Shown in pieces: positions 14,148 through 23,895 of a stretch of DNA of 64,000 bases; the first letter of the stretch is position 1; each line of letters opens with the position of its first letter. The position numbers were made by a program, and so were the translations under genes. The notes under the pieces are model-generated. The model saw only the letters and a program-made list of their open reading frames with translations, was not told where the DNA came from and did not search any database. The DNA comes from Tricharina praecox (taxonomy: Eukaryota), in contig NW_026250408.1 in assembly GCF_024521635.1 (NCBI RefSeq), positions 868,001-932,000 of the forward strand, given 5' to 3'.

Positions 14148-15218
14148 ATGAAGCGCATACGAAGTCTCAACCCGCTCCTGCGACCCACCTCAGCAGCGTT
14201 CGGCAATGCCGCAGCTCCCCCACCAAGCCTTCTCCTCCGCCCCGCATCGACCTTCGCCGCCCCACCAGCAGCCGCCGCAGTCCCAGAGTCGCTCCCAACC
14301 CTCCCCCCCTCCCGCAACCCGCTCGCATCCGCAAAGCTGCCCGCGCTGCACGCCCGTCTCAACCTGCACCCCAACTACCCACTGCAGACGCTAGCCCGCA
14401 CGCTGATCGACAGCACGGCAGACTCGGACGCCCGGTTCACGAACGCGCACCTCAACACGTTGGGCAACACGTTGACGGGGTACCTCGCGAGCGAGTACCT
14501 GATGGTATCGTACCCGCGGCTGCCGACCGAGGTCCTCTACGCCGCTGTCGGCGCCTACGTCGGTAATCCCGCGCTCGCCTCGCTCGGCCGCGAGTGGGGT
14601 GTCGAGCACGCCTTCGAGCCGACGGCGGACGTGGACGCCGGCCTGCTGCAGTTCCGAAGGCTGGCGCCGGGCGCGAAGCCGCCGACAAAGAGCTATAGGA
14701 AGAAGGGCGAGAAGAAGGAGAGTCCTGAGGAGCTGGAGGAGCGCCAGAGACAGAGGGGGACAACCCTCGAGACCGCACTGGCGAATCATGTGCGCTCCGT
14801 GTTTGCCGGTGTCTACCTCCATGAGGGATTTGCGGCCGCAAGACAGTTCTTTCGCCAGCATGTCCTCTCCCGCAGGCTCGACGTTGACAAGCTGTTTGAC
14901 TTCTCGCAGCCGACGCGGGAGTTGAGTAGGCTGTGTGCGCGCGAGGGGTTCGAGCCCCCGGTTGCCAGGATCATGTCTGAGACGGGTAGGAGGTCGAGAC
15001 ATCCCGTCTTTGTGGTTGGCGTGTTTTCCGGCACCGAGATGATGGGTGAGGGCCATGGTGGTTCCCTCGATGAGGCCAGGATCCGTGCTGCCGTCAATGC
15101 CCTGAAAGGATGGTACCTCTACTCGCCGCTCGTCAAGGATCTGCCGAGTAAGACGGAGGAGCGGAGCGATGCCGTTTTCAAACCGGCATATATTGATCCG
15201 GGGGAAGTCATTGTTTAG
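14148..15218 (+). CDS. MRPL3: Mitochondrial large-subunit ribosomal protein mL44 (RNase III-like domain plus dsRBD), 356 aa, intronless
   Basis: The N-terminus is an Arg/Ser/Ala-rich presequence-like segment. Family motifs SAKLPALHARLNL, YPRLP, QPTRELSRLCAREGFEPPVARIMSETGRRSRHPVFVVGVFSG, and the C-terminal YIDPGEVIV are present. Confidence 0.93.
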   Translation: MKRIRSLNPLLRPTSAAFGNAAAPPPSLLLRPASTFAAPPAAAAVPESLPTLPPSRNPLASAKLPALHARLNLHPNYPLQTLARTLIDSTADSDARFTNAHLNTLGNTLTGYLASEYLMVSYPRLPTEVLYAAVGAYVGNPALASLGREWGVEHAFEPTADVDAGLLQFRRLAPGAKPPTKSYRKKGEKKESPEELEERQRQRGTTLETALANHVRSVFAGVYLHEGFAAARQFFRQHVLSRRLDVDKLFDFSQPTRELSRLCAREGFEPPVARIMSETGRRSRHPVFVVGVFSGTEMMGEGHGGSLDEARIRAAVNALKGWYLYSPLVKDLPSKTEERSDAVFKPAYIDPGEVIV

Positions 15219-16334
15219 TTTAGTTGGGTGGATGCATGGATGGATGGATCGGTCGGTGGGAGGGGGTGGTAGAGGTTGGATGGATGTATGATAGATTTCG
15301 GGTTGAGGTCTTACGATTGAGGAACTTTAAGAACTACCTACTCGGCTCACGCAACGAAGAGTACTCTATATTCAGATAAGTATAGAGGCTGGCCGATGGC
15401 TGGAGAATCGCTGGAGAATCGCTGTAGATGACGAAATTATTTAGAGCATAGCAAAAATAGCTTCACTGAATACATGCCTTGCCTAGTCTCGATACAGTCA
15501 ATACGATAGTCTGTGGGTGTTAATTCCGCAAACTCTCGGTAGTAAGTACGTTGTCACCGCAGCCTAAGCACTCCAAATCAAACGTACTCCGAGTCACGAA
15601 CGACGATTTACCGCCCCAATCCGTACTCGTACCCCGCATCCGTACCGTAAATATCACTCGGTCACAGAATCGGATGTACTGTTGCAATATCTATTTAGAG
15701 TAGTAGAAGGCACGGGCCTTTATCCCTATTCTCACCTCTATTCTCACATTGTCTATTCTCTCGAGGCTACAGTCTTACACTTCAATAATACACATCTTAC
15801 TCTATTATTTCAACATGTACCTGCCCATAAATGCATCAAAGTAATGAGCCGGCGGCTCAACCAGTGGAGACTGGAGAGGGGTTCGCCGAGGAAAGAATAT
15901 ACTCCGAGGGTAGAAAGCAGAAACTCTACTGTGGTGGTCTGTGATGGTCCGTGATCGTGCCGGTAGTTACTCGGCGCTGCCACTATACGGTATGTACGGT
16001 TTACATAGCGAAGACCGCGGCGGGTATACACTCTCGACGAAGACGGAGGCGGTGGGTACTAGTACTAGTATATAACAGGTCTGCTTGCTTCTTGCCATGG
16101 CCAGCCAGCCAGCGGGCACACAGCTGGGAAGTGTTTGGGTAGGGGACGACAACAACCAACTAGTTGGTGCCCTTCTACGACCTTCTAAGGGTTCTCTTCC
16201 AGCTTTAGGTTTGCTATCACTTGCCCCCCTTCAAAGCTTTCAGGGCTGCGAGTTCTTGGCCCAAAATCTCCGGCTTCACGTCCCACAATGCAACACAAAA
16301 ACCCAACGACACAACGACACAACTTCTCTTCTTT

Positions 16335-16432
16335 TCTCATCTTCTCATCTTCTCATCTTCTCATCTTCTCATCTTCTCATCTTCTCATCTTCTCATCTTC
16401 TCATCTTCTCATCTTCTCATCTTCTATCTTTT
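16335..16432 (+). repeat. (TCTTCTCA)n octamer tandem repeat
   Basis: About 11 tandem copies are visible. The repeat is much shorter in the inverted copy near 24430-24470. Confidence 0.9.
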
Positions 16433-17070
16433 CATCTTTTCACTTTCCACCATTACAACATAAAACCGCAATTCTACCACGATAGCTTCACAACATCTTC
16501 ACAACAACAAGAATAACAACAACGACAAGAACAACCCGTTTCTATTTCCACCCTCGGTGGCTCCCATTCCACTGATGGGACATCACCCACGAAGTACCGG
16601 TGTTTCCGCCTCGGCGGTGCGGTACGCATTCCACCCCGACCCCACAAACCAACCATCCAATTAACGGGGATAATTCGTAACCGAAGAAAATGACGAACGT
16701 CAACGATCAGTTGCGTGGTCGGTGGCGGAGAAAGCTGCGAAGATGATCTCCGCACCCCACCGGGGAGGGAAGCAGATGCACCCACAGATGCACCTGGAAA
16801 TCTCCAGAAGTGCCGGCGCGCCAGCTGGTCTGGTGCGCCGCTTCCACCCGACCTTCTGCTTGTGGAGGTACGTATTCCACTAACCAAGAGCTCACGAACG
16901 AAGCAACCAACTGACGGGTGGAATTCATAGCCGAAAGCAACGAAGACAACGCGAACGACCAGTTACGTGGTCGGCGGAGAGAGCAGCGAAAATGATCTCC
17001 GCGGCAGGAGTGTGGGCTGTGGCCCACATCCCACCGCGGAGGTCTTCGGTATCCCACCGGGGAGGAATGA

Positions 17071-17167
17071 TGTACTTGGATGACCTCATGACCAGAGTGG
17101 AGAATGCGGAGTCGAATCGTCCAAACCTACCCGGCACCGCGCCTACTACTACCAACACCTCTCTACA
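17071..17167 (+). mobile_element. Solo-LTR-like fragment related to the LTR at 22985-23106
   Basis: It is bounded by TG...CA. The last 26 nt (cctactactaccaacacctctctaca) match the end of the minus-strand LTR at 22985 with one mismatch. The segment is absent from the sister module at about 16760. No TSD is visible. Confidence 0.55.
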
Positions 17168-17599
17168 AGAGAAGTAGATGACTCCGCAGATGCACCTGGA
17201 AATCTCCATGTACCGGCGCGCCAGCTGGGCTGGCGCGCTGCTTCCACCCGACCTTTCTGCTCTGGAAGTATGTATCCCACCAATAGCTTACGAATTAACC
17301 AGCTAACCAAGTGAAATCACAGCAACTGAAAGCGGCAATATGCCGTACTGCGTGGTCTGCGGTAGGAATGGGCCAGCACCATGCCTACCACGAATTCTTT
17401 AGCACCTTACCAGCACAGCACTCAGTACCTGCCTGCCTGGACATCACCCAAGTTCTCGCTGCGTCAGTTGGGCTGGCCGTTGGCGTGCCGGTTGCTGTGC
17501 AACCGGCACTTCCGCGCGGGCGCGGAAGAGGAAGCGAGGCGACCAGATGGTCGCCGGACGTCGGCTCCTCTGAGGAGGACGTGGGAGTTGCGGCGGGAC

Positions 17600-18312
17600 A
17601 AGGTCACGCCCTTGCTGGATCTAATGCAGATCACTCTGGGGCTTCACGGGGTCCATCTGGAAATCTCCAATGCGGAGGCATGGAAGAACGCACAGTGGTT
17701 GCAGGACGTGATTTTCGAGATCTCCGCAGGAGCACCACGCCCTCCGGTCACCATGATGGGGGACAACCAATCTTGCCTGACTGTTCTCGATACTGGATTT
17801 CCCAACGCTTCCCGCCATCTTCGTCTCCGTTTTCACGCACTGCAGGAAGCAGTCAAGGCGGGCGACATGGTGCTCGTCCACGTCTCATCAGAGGAACAGC
17901 TGGCGGACGGCCTGACGAAGGCCCTGGGTGGCATCAAACATGAAGCGTTTCTTCAGAGCTTGGGTATGAAGGGATGATTATGGGACGTCGGGTTGTGTTT
18001 GTTTCATTGGGTCTCTGTTTCTGTTTTTAGTTTCATGCGTTGGATTCTGTTTTCCGTATTTTGTAAAGCGCTCCGCGGGGGAGTGTTGTGGCCCGTAGGG
18101 CCTTTGTTGTCGGAGCGGCGTGTTTGATCGAGTGATGGTTTGTGCATGGCTCACAGGGAAGGTTCTAGTTCGTCTAGGACGACTATAAGTACAACTAGAA
18201 CTTCAGCTAGAACAAGAATAACTACATCTTCCTCTTCTTCTTACCACCTTCTGATCGTATCGCCCACTCAAACCCTCGCGTGCGCACCTCACATTCAGAT
18301 TGTGCATCAACA
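17600..18312 (+). mobile_element. 3' remnant of a Ty1/copia LTR retrotransposon: RNase H C-terminus, PPT and 3' LTR (18084-18312)
   Basis: The translation GDNQSCL...SRHLRLRFHALQEAVKAGDMVLVHVSSEEQLADGLTKAL is a copia RNase H signature, with a stop at 17977. The purine tract gcgggggag directly precedes a 229-bp TGTTG...CAACA LTR containing a TATA-like tataag. Homology with the inverted arm resumes exactly at 18313. Confidence 0.88.
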
Positions 18313-18576
18313 GTAGGAACCAAGGACTGTAAGTGCGAGACAACAATTCGATCCGACGGTGGTGATGTTGCTATGGATGACAGCGCAGGTGCTGATTTGG
18401 TGCGAGAAACGTCTAGGACGGCGATCTTCCACCACTACCACTGCTGCGGGCGGCAGGGTTCTGATGACGAGGAACCGAAGAACTGGGAACTCGTTACAAT
18501 ATGGGTCCTAAAACATCTCGGGTCAAATAGAATGGGTTTATTAGCGTTATAAGTTTCAGTCTGTGCAACTAGTAGT

Positions 18577-19174
18577 TAGGGCTGGGCGGACTGCAGTCGA
18601 CTGGATGGACTGGTACTTTGAATGAAAAATGTTCAAAATCAGTAATGGACTTTTTGTACACGTCTATAGTAACTACAGCTATGTAGATCCGACTCCTCGC
18701 ACAATGCATTGAGCATAGGTAGTCTCCATCTCCTTGATATCACCCTTTGTATATAGCAGCTACAAGACCATCTTCTTGCTACATACCTTTTGAGATATTT
18801 CAGAGTCACCTCCAGTGCGTCATCACCCATGCTGCAGCGGCGATGAGAGAGTGTGTGATTTTAGCCGCATTAAAAACTCGTTCCGGCTCTGCGCTCATGG
18901 CCGGAATGCTCAAATACTCGAGGGCCATTCTGGCGAGATCTTTCCAGCCAGCAGGTTCATGTGATTTATTCGCCCAGTACTGTAGGTACCACATGGTCGA
19001 TGTAATCGCATGGAGTGGCAGTCCATCAGTCGACTGCAGTCCGAGGCGGCAAATTTTTGGTACGGACTGAATTCAAACCGTCCAGAAATTTTATGGGCTG
19101 GACTGGACTGTTGCAGTCCGTCCAGTCCGGAGTCCGGACGGCCGTCCAGACTGGACTATGTATCGGGAGCACTG
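18577..19174 (-). mobile_element. Deleted hAT-superfamily DNA transposon remnant
   Basis: 18806-18994 (-) encodes LQYW...WKDLARMALEYLSIPAMSAEPERVFNAAK, the hAT C-terminal dimerisation domain. A subterminal inverted motif ggactgcagtcgactg(g)atggac occurs at about 18588 and about 19021, with multiple gactggac repeats. The ends are approximate and no 8-bp TSD was found. Confidence 0.75.
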
Positions 19175-20579
19175 TCCATACATACATACTAACCTATCCC
19201 CTCCTTTCCCGTGAGAGGTGAGAGGAGGGACTGTTGAGCGCAGCACCTACATACTTGGCAATCGTGTGTGCGATGGATGCATGCGGGATTAGGTTTTAAC
19301 CATCCCACGCGCCCGGCTCCCGTGAGAATACGAATATACGAATACACCCTGTTGACATCTGAGGTCTCACCGATTGTGGGATGTGGGATGTGGCCGCTGG
19401 CGCCTCTATGATGTATGTATGTATGTATGTACCTACTCTACTCGCCCATCACCATTACCGATCTGCTGGGCCCGATGAGGCAACGACTACGATTCCTCGT
19501 ATTGAACTATTTAACGGAGAGAGCAGATGCCTAGGAACTTGGAAGAGCTCGAGGATGTCGAAATGCCGCATCTAGCCACCACCACCTTGCCAGCAAACCC
19601 CGGCCCGCTCCCCCGCAAAACGAGTGATCTCGCATGTATTTCACCACATGTGGGTTTCGTAGTCTGTACCACGGTTTTGCTTTTTGCGGCGTTTACGTTG
19701 TATGTAACTGCCATATGTGTCCATGTGGCGTGGGGAGAATCGCTGCAGTGTGTAGGTACTCGGCGGTACTCGTATATATTGTACATACTTAACTAACTAG
19801 TAGTTAGTAGGTATTTACCTGCTCCAGAGTAACTAGTAGAATATCCGAATATGCAATGTCAGCAGCCTTTCCTGAACCAGCAATAATAATTCTCCCCCGG
19901 ATATCATCCGTTCAATGAACCAGAGATCTTGAGAGTGCAGATTCCCAGAGTGCAGATTCCCAGAGTGCAGAAGTCCACAGTACAGATTCCAGAATTGGCA
20001 GTATTTAGGTACAGTACAGTATGTACTGTAGATACCGAAATCTGTTTTGCGATTGGCTTTCGGTGGATTCTTGCTAGAGTACTCTACATACCAACATACA
20101 TACTACGAGTAATTGGCTGACTGGTATGCCGCTTCGCTGTATGTAGGTATCATACCATCGTTCACAAGCGATCATCCGTCTCTACCCATCTACCTATCTA
20201 GACTCCTTGATTACAATTCGCACGAGGGGTCAGGGACACCAACTGCATCAGTACAACCCCATTTCCACAAGTTCACAGGGGGGTATAAATAATCAATCCT
20301 CCGATTTGCCCGCAAACCGCCCGCACTGAAACCACTGCAGCCACGTCCTGGTTGCAAGCGCCCGGCGCATGCCGCATTGCAGCATGCATCTCTACTAGTA
20401 ACTACGTAGCCGACGAGACAACGATCTCAGCGGCGTGGAGCGCTCGCGAGAGGGAAGGCGCTCGAGAGAGAGAAAAGAAAAAAACCCCTCGGCGGCAGCA
20501 GCAGCGCGAGTAGGACGATATAAACCACCATCGCCTGTGCCCCTCGCCTCCCCCGGGCAGACCAGACCAGACAGACAAG

Positions 20580-21531
20580 ATGAAGACGCCACTGGAGCAC
20601 TCGCTGTGCGCACACACAACGCTCACGACCCCGACGGCGCTGCGGCTGCTGAACCTGCGACCGCCCGAGAGCGTGCTGGAGCTCTCGTGCTCGACCGGAC
20701 ACCTGTCGCTCGCGATGGGCAAGTTGGGCGCGAAGGTGCTCGCTACGGACTCGTCGCGTGCCCTCTTGGACCTCGCTGAGGAGCGCGCCGGCGAAGTCGT
20801 CGCTTCGTTTCATACCCTCGATGTCACTAGTATTCCGCAGCTGGAGGTTCTTGCGGGAACGGTCGAGAAGGCGGCTGGGTTCGATGCTGTGGTGGCGAAT
20901 GTGAGTAGCGCGGGGAATATGAGTGAGGGCAGGCAAGGGGAGACGGGGGAGGAGAGCGGAGGGGATGAGCGGGCGAGGTGGTGGTGGTGTTAACGGGGTG
21001 TAGATGGCGCTCACTGGGTTCGAAACGCTCGAGCCGTTAGCAGCGGTGTTGCCGAGGCTGCTGAGGCCAGGGGGAAGGTGCGTTCTGCTTCGCGATGGAC
21101 TTGAGGGGGAGGTAAGGCTGACTCAGAGGCGATAGGTTCGTGGCCACAGTGATGCACCCCTCCTTCAACTCGCCCGGCGCGCACCGGACGCTACAGGTCC
21201 GGGACGGATCGACGGTACGGAGCGTCTGCGTGGGGAGATACATGGATATCCCCCCGCAGGTGGTGGAGGGGCAGCAGGTGTGTTATGTGTGTATCCCCTC
21301 TCTGAAGTGAAATGTTTTTAAGCCGATATGTAGGACTATTTCCACCGGCCGTTGGAAGAGTTGTTGCGCCCGTTTTTGGCGGCTGGGTTGGTGCTGGACG
21401 GGCTCGAGGAGCCTGTGTTTACGGGTGAGGATGTGGGAGAGGGGGAGGTGTCGTGGATGCGGTTTACACAGATTCCGCCGGTGCTCGGGTTCAGGATGAG
21501 ACGAGGAGGGGGAAGATATAATGGCGAGTGA
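20580..21531 (+). CDS. Class I SAM-dependent methyltransferase (Methyltransf_11/25-like), about 244 aa; exons 20580-20900, 21004-21077, 21136-21277, 21334-21531
   Basis: Motifs are VLELSCSTG (motif I-like), VLATDSS, FDAVVANMAL, LLRPGGRFVATVMHPSF and YFHRPLEELLRPFLAAGLVLDGLEEP. Three GT-AG introns restore one continuous frame. Confidence 0.85.
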
Positions 21532-22439
21532 GATATAATGTTTATTACGAAGCATCACCGACACAATTGGGAAATCCTCTACATCACACTGCCGTGCAGG
21601 AGCCAACGCGATGAGCAACTGCAAACAGAACTCTTCCGCTTAAAATTACAGCTCCAAAAATACAGGATAGCACCGGAAGGTGTACAAGTACTGGTTTCTG
21701 CTCAGCTCGGCAGTTCTCTGGTTCCTCATCCTCATCCGAACCAGCGATAGTGGTGGTATATGGCCGTCCTAGACCCTTCTCACACCAAGTCAGCACCTGC
21801 TCTGTCATCCATAGCAACATCACCACAGTCGGATCGAATCGTTGTCTCGCACTTACGATTCTTGGTTCCTACTCTGCTTGGCAGTCCGCACTGCGCAAGT
21901 TCTTCCATTCCTCAGAGGAGCCGCCGCCGGGCTTCAACTTCCACGCCCGCGCGCAAGTGCCGGTCCCGAGGGACCTCCGGTTGCACTGCAACCGGCACGC
22001 CAGCCCAGCTGAGGCGGCGAGGACTTGGGTGATAGCTAGGCAGGCAGGTACTCACTGCCGTTCTGGTAAGGCGCCAAAGAATTCGTTGGTAGGCATGGTG
22101 CTGGCCAATTTCCACCGCGGACCACGCCGCACGGCATATTGCCGCTTCATTTGCTGTGAATTCACTCGGTTAGCTGGGTAATTAGTAAGCTTTTGGTAGA
22201 ATACGTACCATCATGAGGAGCAATAGGTTGCGCCGACACTGGTCGGTAAAGCGGCACACCAGCCCAGCTGGCGTGCCGGCACTTCTGGAGGTTTCCAGGT
22301 GCATGCTCTGCAGTTCCTTAGATGTGGGCCACAGCCCACTTTAACCCACCGCGGAGATCATTTTCTCTGCTCCCTCCGCCGACCACGCAACTGATCGTTA
22401 GCGTTGTCTTCATTGCTTTCGGCTGTGAATTCCCTCGAT

Positions 22440-23106
22440 CAGGGAGTTAGAATCAGCTGCCGAGCTCGCGGGTCGAAGACGCATCACGGTACCCGCAAGG
22501 CGAACCTTTCTGGATAAACGTCACCACCAACTTGTGATCGAGTTCACCCTCGAACGCCGTGAGACCGATCACCTTCAGCTGCTGCTTCTGGATATAATTG
22601 GGATCGAGGACATTGGGTCGAGCGGGCATCGCGGGGTCGGAGTCGAAGTGTGCTGTCGCGCCTGCTGCTGCTGCAGGTTGTGAAGTTCCACCATCTGTCG
22701 ATCATGCTCCTTGCGCACGGCCACCATTCGACGCTGGTGTTCTGCTTCAAAAGCCGCCATCACAGCGGGGTCGACAGCGGGAATGGTAGTGGGGTTCATC
22801 TGCGGGGCGGGACCCCAAAGGTTGCTGGTCATGGGCTCGTCCTTGTCGATGTTTCCTGAGGTCCATCGCTTCCGTCGTTTCGTCGATGCGCTTCGGTTTC
22901 GTCGTCTCGTCTCGCCTTGTCAAGCGTAAGGAACGTTACCAAGTAACGAGGTACGCTTGTTTTGATTGAGGTTTTGCTACCAAATGTAGAGAAGTGTTGG
23001 TAGTAGTAGGTGGGGAAAGGTTGGTTGATTGGGAAGAGGGTCGAGGACCCGAAGTCTATCTACCTCCGTACATCCGTCGTCACTCGGACCTATCTACAAC
23101 CCTACA
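22440..23106 (-). mobile_element. 5' remnant of an LTR retrotransposon (probably Ty3/gypsy): short LTR 23106-22985, PBS, degenerate gag start
   Basis: On the minus strand a 122-bp TGTAG...CTACA segment is followed immediately by tttggtagc, a tRNA-Met-type PBS-like sequence. Downstream is a coiled-coil-like reading (AAFEAEHQRRMVAVRKEHDRQMVELHNLQQQQ) and a frameshifted AFEGELDHKLVVTFIQK that resembles gypsy gag. Confidence 0.62.
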
Positions 23107-23128
23107 GCAGAGGGTCCACGTCTGCTGA

Positions 23129-23895
23129 CTAGTAGACACCCGTGTGACGACCACACGGTGTGTGGTCATTAGACCAGCGCCACTTAATGTAAAGTCATAA
23201 GTACATACAGTAGCAAAAAGTAGGGTGCGATTGATACGGGGTGAATACCGTAGTACTCAATACTACGGTATTCACCCCGTATCAATCGCACCCTACTTTT
23301 TGCTACTGTATTTACGTTGCGGTCAGGGCGCATTTATGGGAGACACGATGCAGTTGCCTTCAATTTGCCGGGAAAGAAAATCGTTCCACAAAAAAGAAAA
23401 AAACCATCATACACATCAAAAGAAACTTGCACCATTGCCGAAAAAAAATATTTAAAACCCCGCAATTAATCATCAAACACTTCCGTAAAGACAACGTTCC
23501 TGCACAATCCATCATGCCCAGCTACCGTTTCCGGTGTCAGTACGGTTACCCTGTTGCTGGTTGCCCGAGACAGAGCAACATATAGTTGCCCATGGCTAAA
23601 AACTTCCTCTCTGATGTCGATTCCAACATGTCGTAAGGATTGCCCTTGGGACTTGTTAATCGTCATTGAAAAGGCCAAGCGAGCCGGATATTGCAACCGG
23701 ATCAACTTGAAGGACATGTCCCCATCAGCAGCGCTGACCACTTCAATCTTCGGAATCATCACACGTTCCCCTTTACCGACCCCGGTCAAAATCAGTGCTA
23801 TCCACAGTTAGCGATAAAACGTCAAGAGAAACCACAACACATGTGACATACCACCTATGATGTGCTGACTTAAATGTGTCACCTGCAAAATCCGA
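23129..23895 (-). mobile_element. Helitron 3' end: PIF1-type helicase C-terminus with one intron (23851-23798), terminal hairpin and CTAG
   Basis: The spliced reading is RILQVTHLSQHIIG/ALILTGVGKGERVMIPKI...RLQYPARLAFSMTINKSQGQSLRHVGIDIREEVFSHGQLYVALSRATS...NVVFTEV, with a stop at 23466. A ccgtgtg/cacacgg hairpin at 23140-23158 is followed by CTAG|T at 23132-23128 on the minus strand. Confidence 0.92.
23208..23308. mobile_element. 101-bp foldback MITE (Tc1/mariner-like) inside the Helitron 3' UTR
   Basis: It has perfect 48-bp inverted arms (cagtagcaaaaagtagggtgcg...) around a 5-nt loop (ctcaa), with TA on both sides and CAGT termini. Confidence 0.85.

Larger units (their letters stand above)
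15420..18490 (+). repeat. Left arm of a diverged inverted duplication (unknown modular element), interrupted by LTR-retrotransposon fragments
   Basis: Blocks match the reverse complement of 21700-25360. Examples: 15420-15665 with 24990-25225; 15680-15810 with 25225-25360; 15840-16070 with 24740-24940; 16120-16460 with 24400-24640; 16920-17580 with 21900-22435; 18313-18490 with 21700-21872. Confidence 0.85.

Noticed and set aside
14391..15056. 221-aa minus-strand ORF
   Set aside because: It is antisense to MRPL3.
16690..17300. Repeat-spacer-like pattern suggestive of CRISPR
   Set aside because: The DNA is eukaryotic, the units are long, degenerate and carry splice signals, and there are no cas genes.
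17381..17977. 198-aa ORF as an intact gene
   Set aside because: It is a chance fusion of the unknown repeat module with a truncated copia RNase H fragment.
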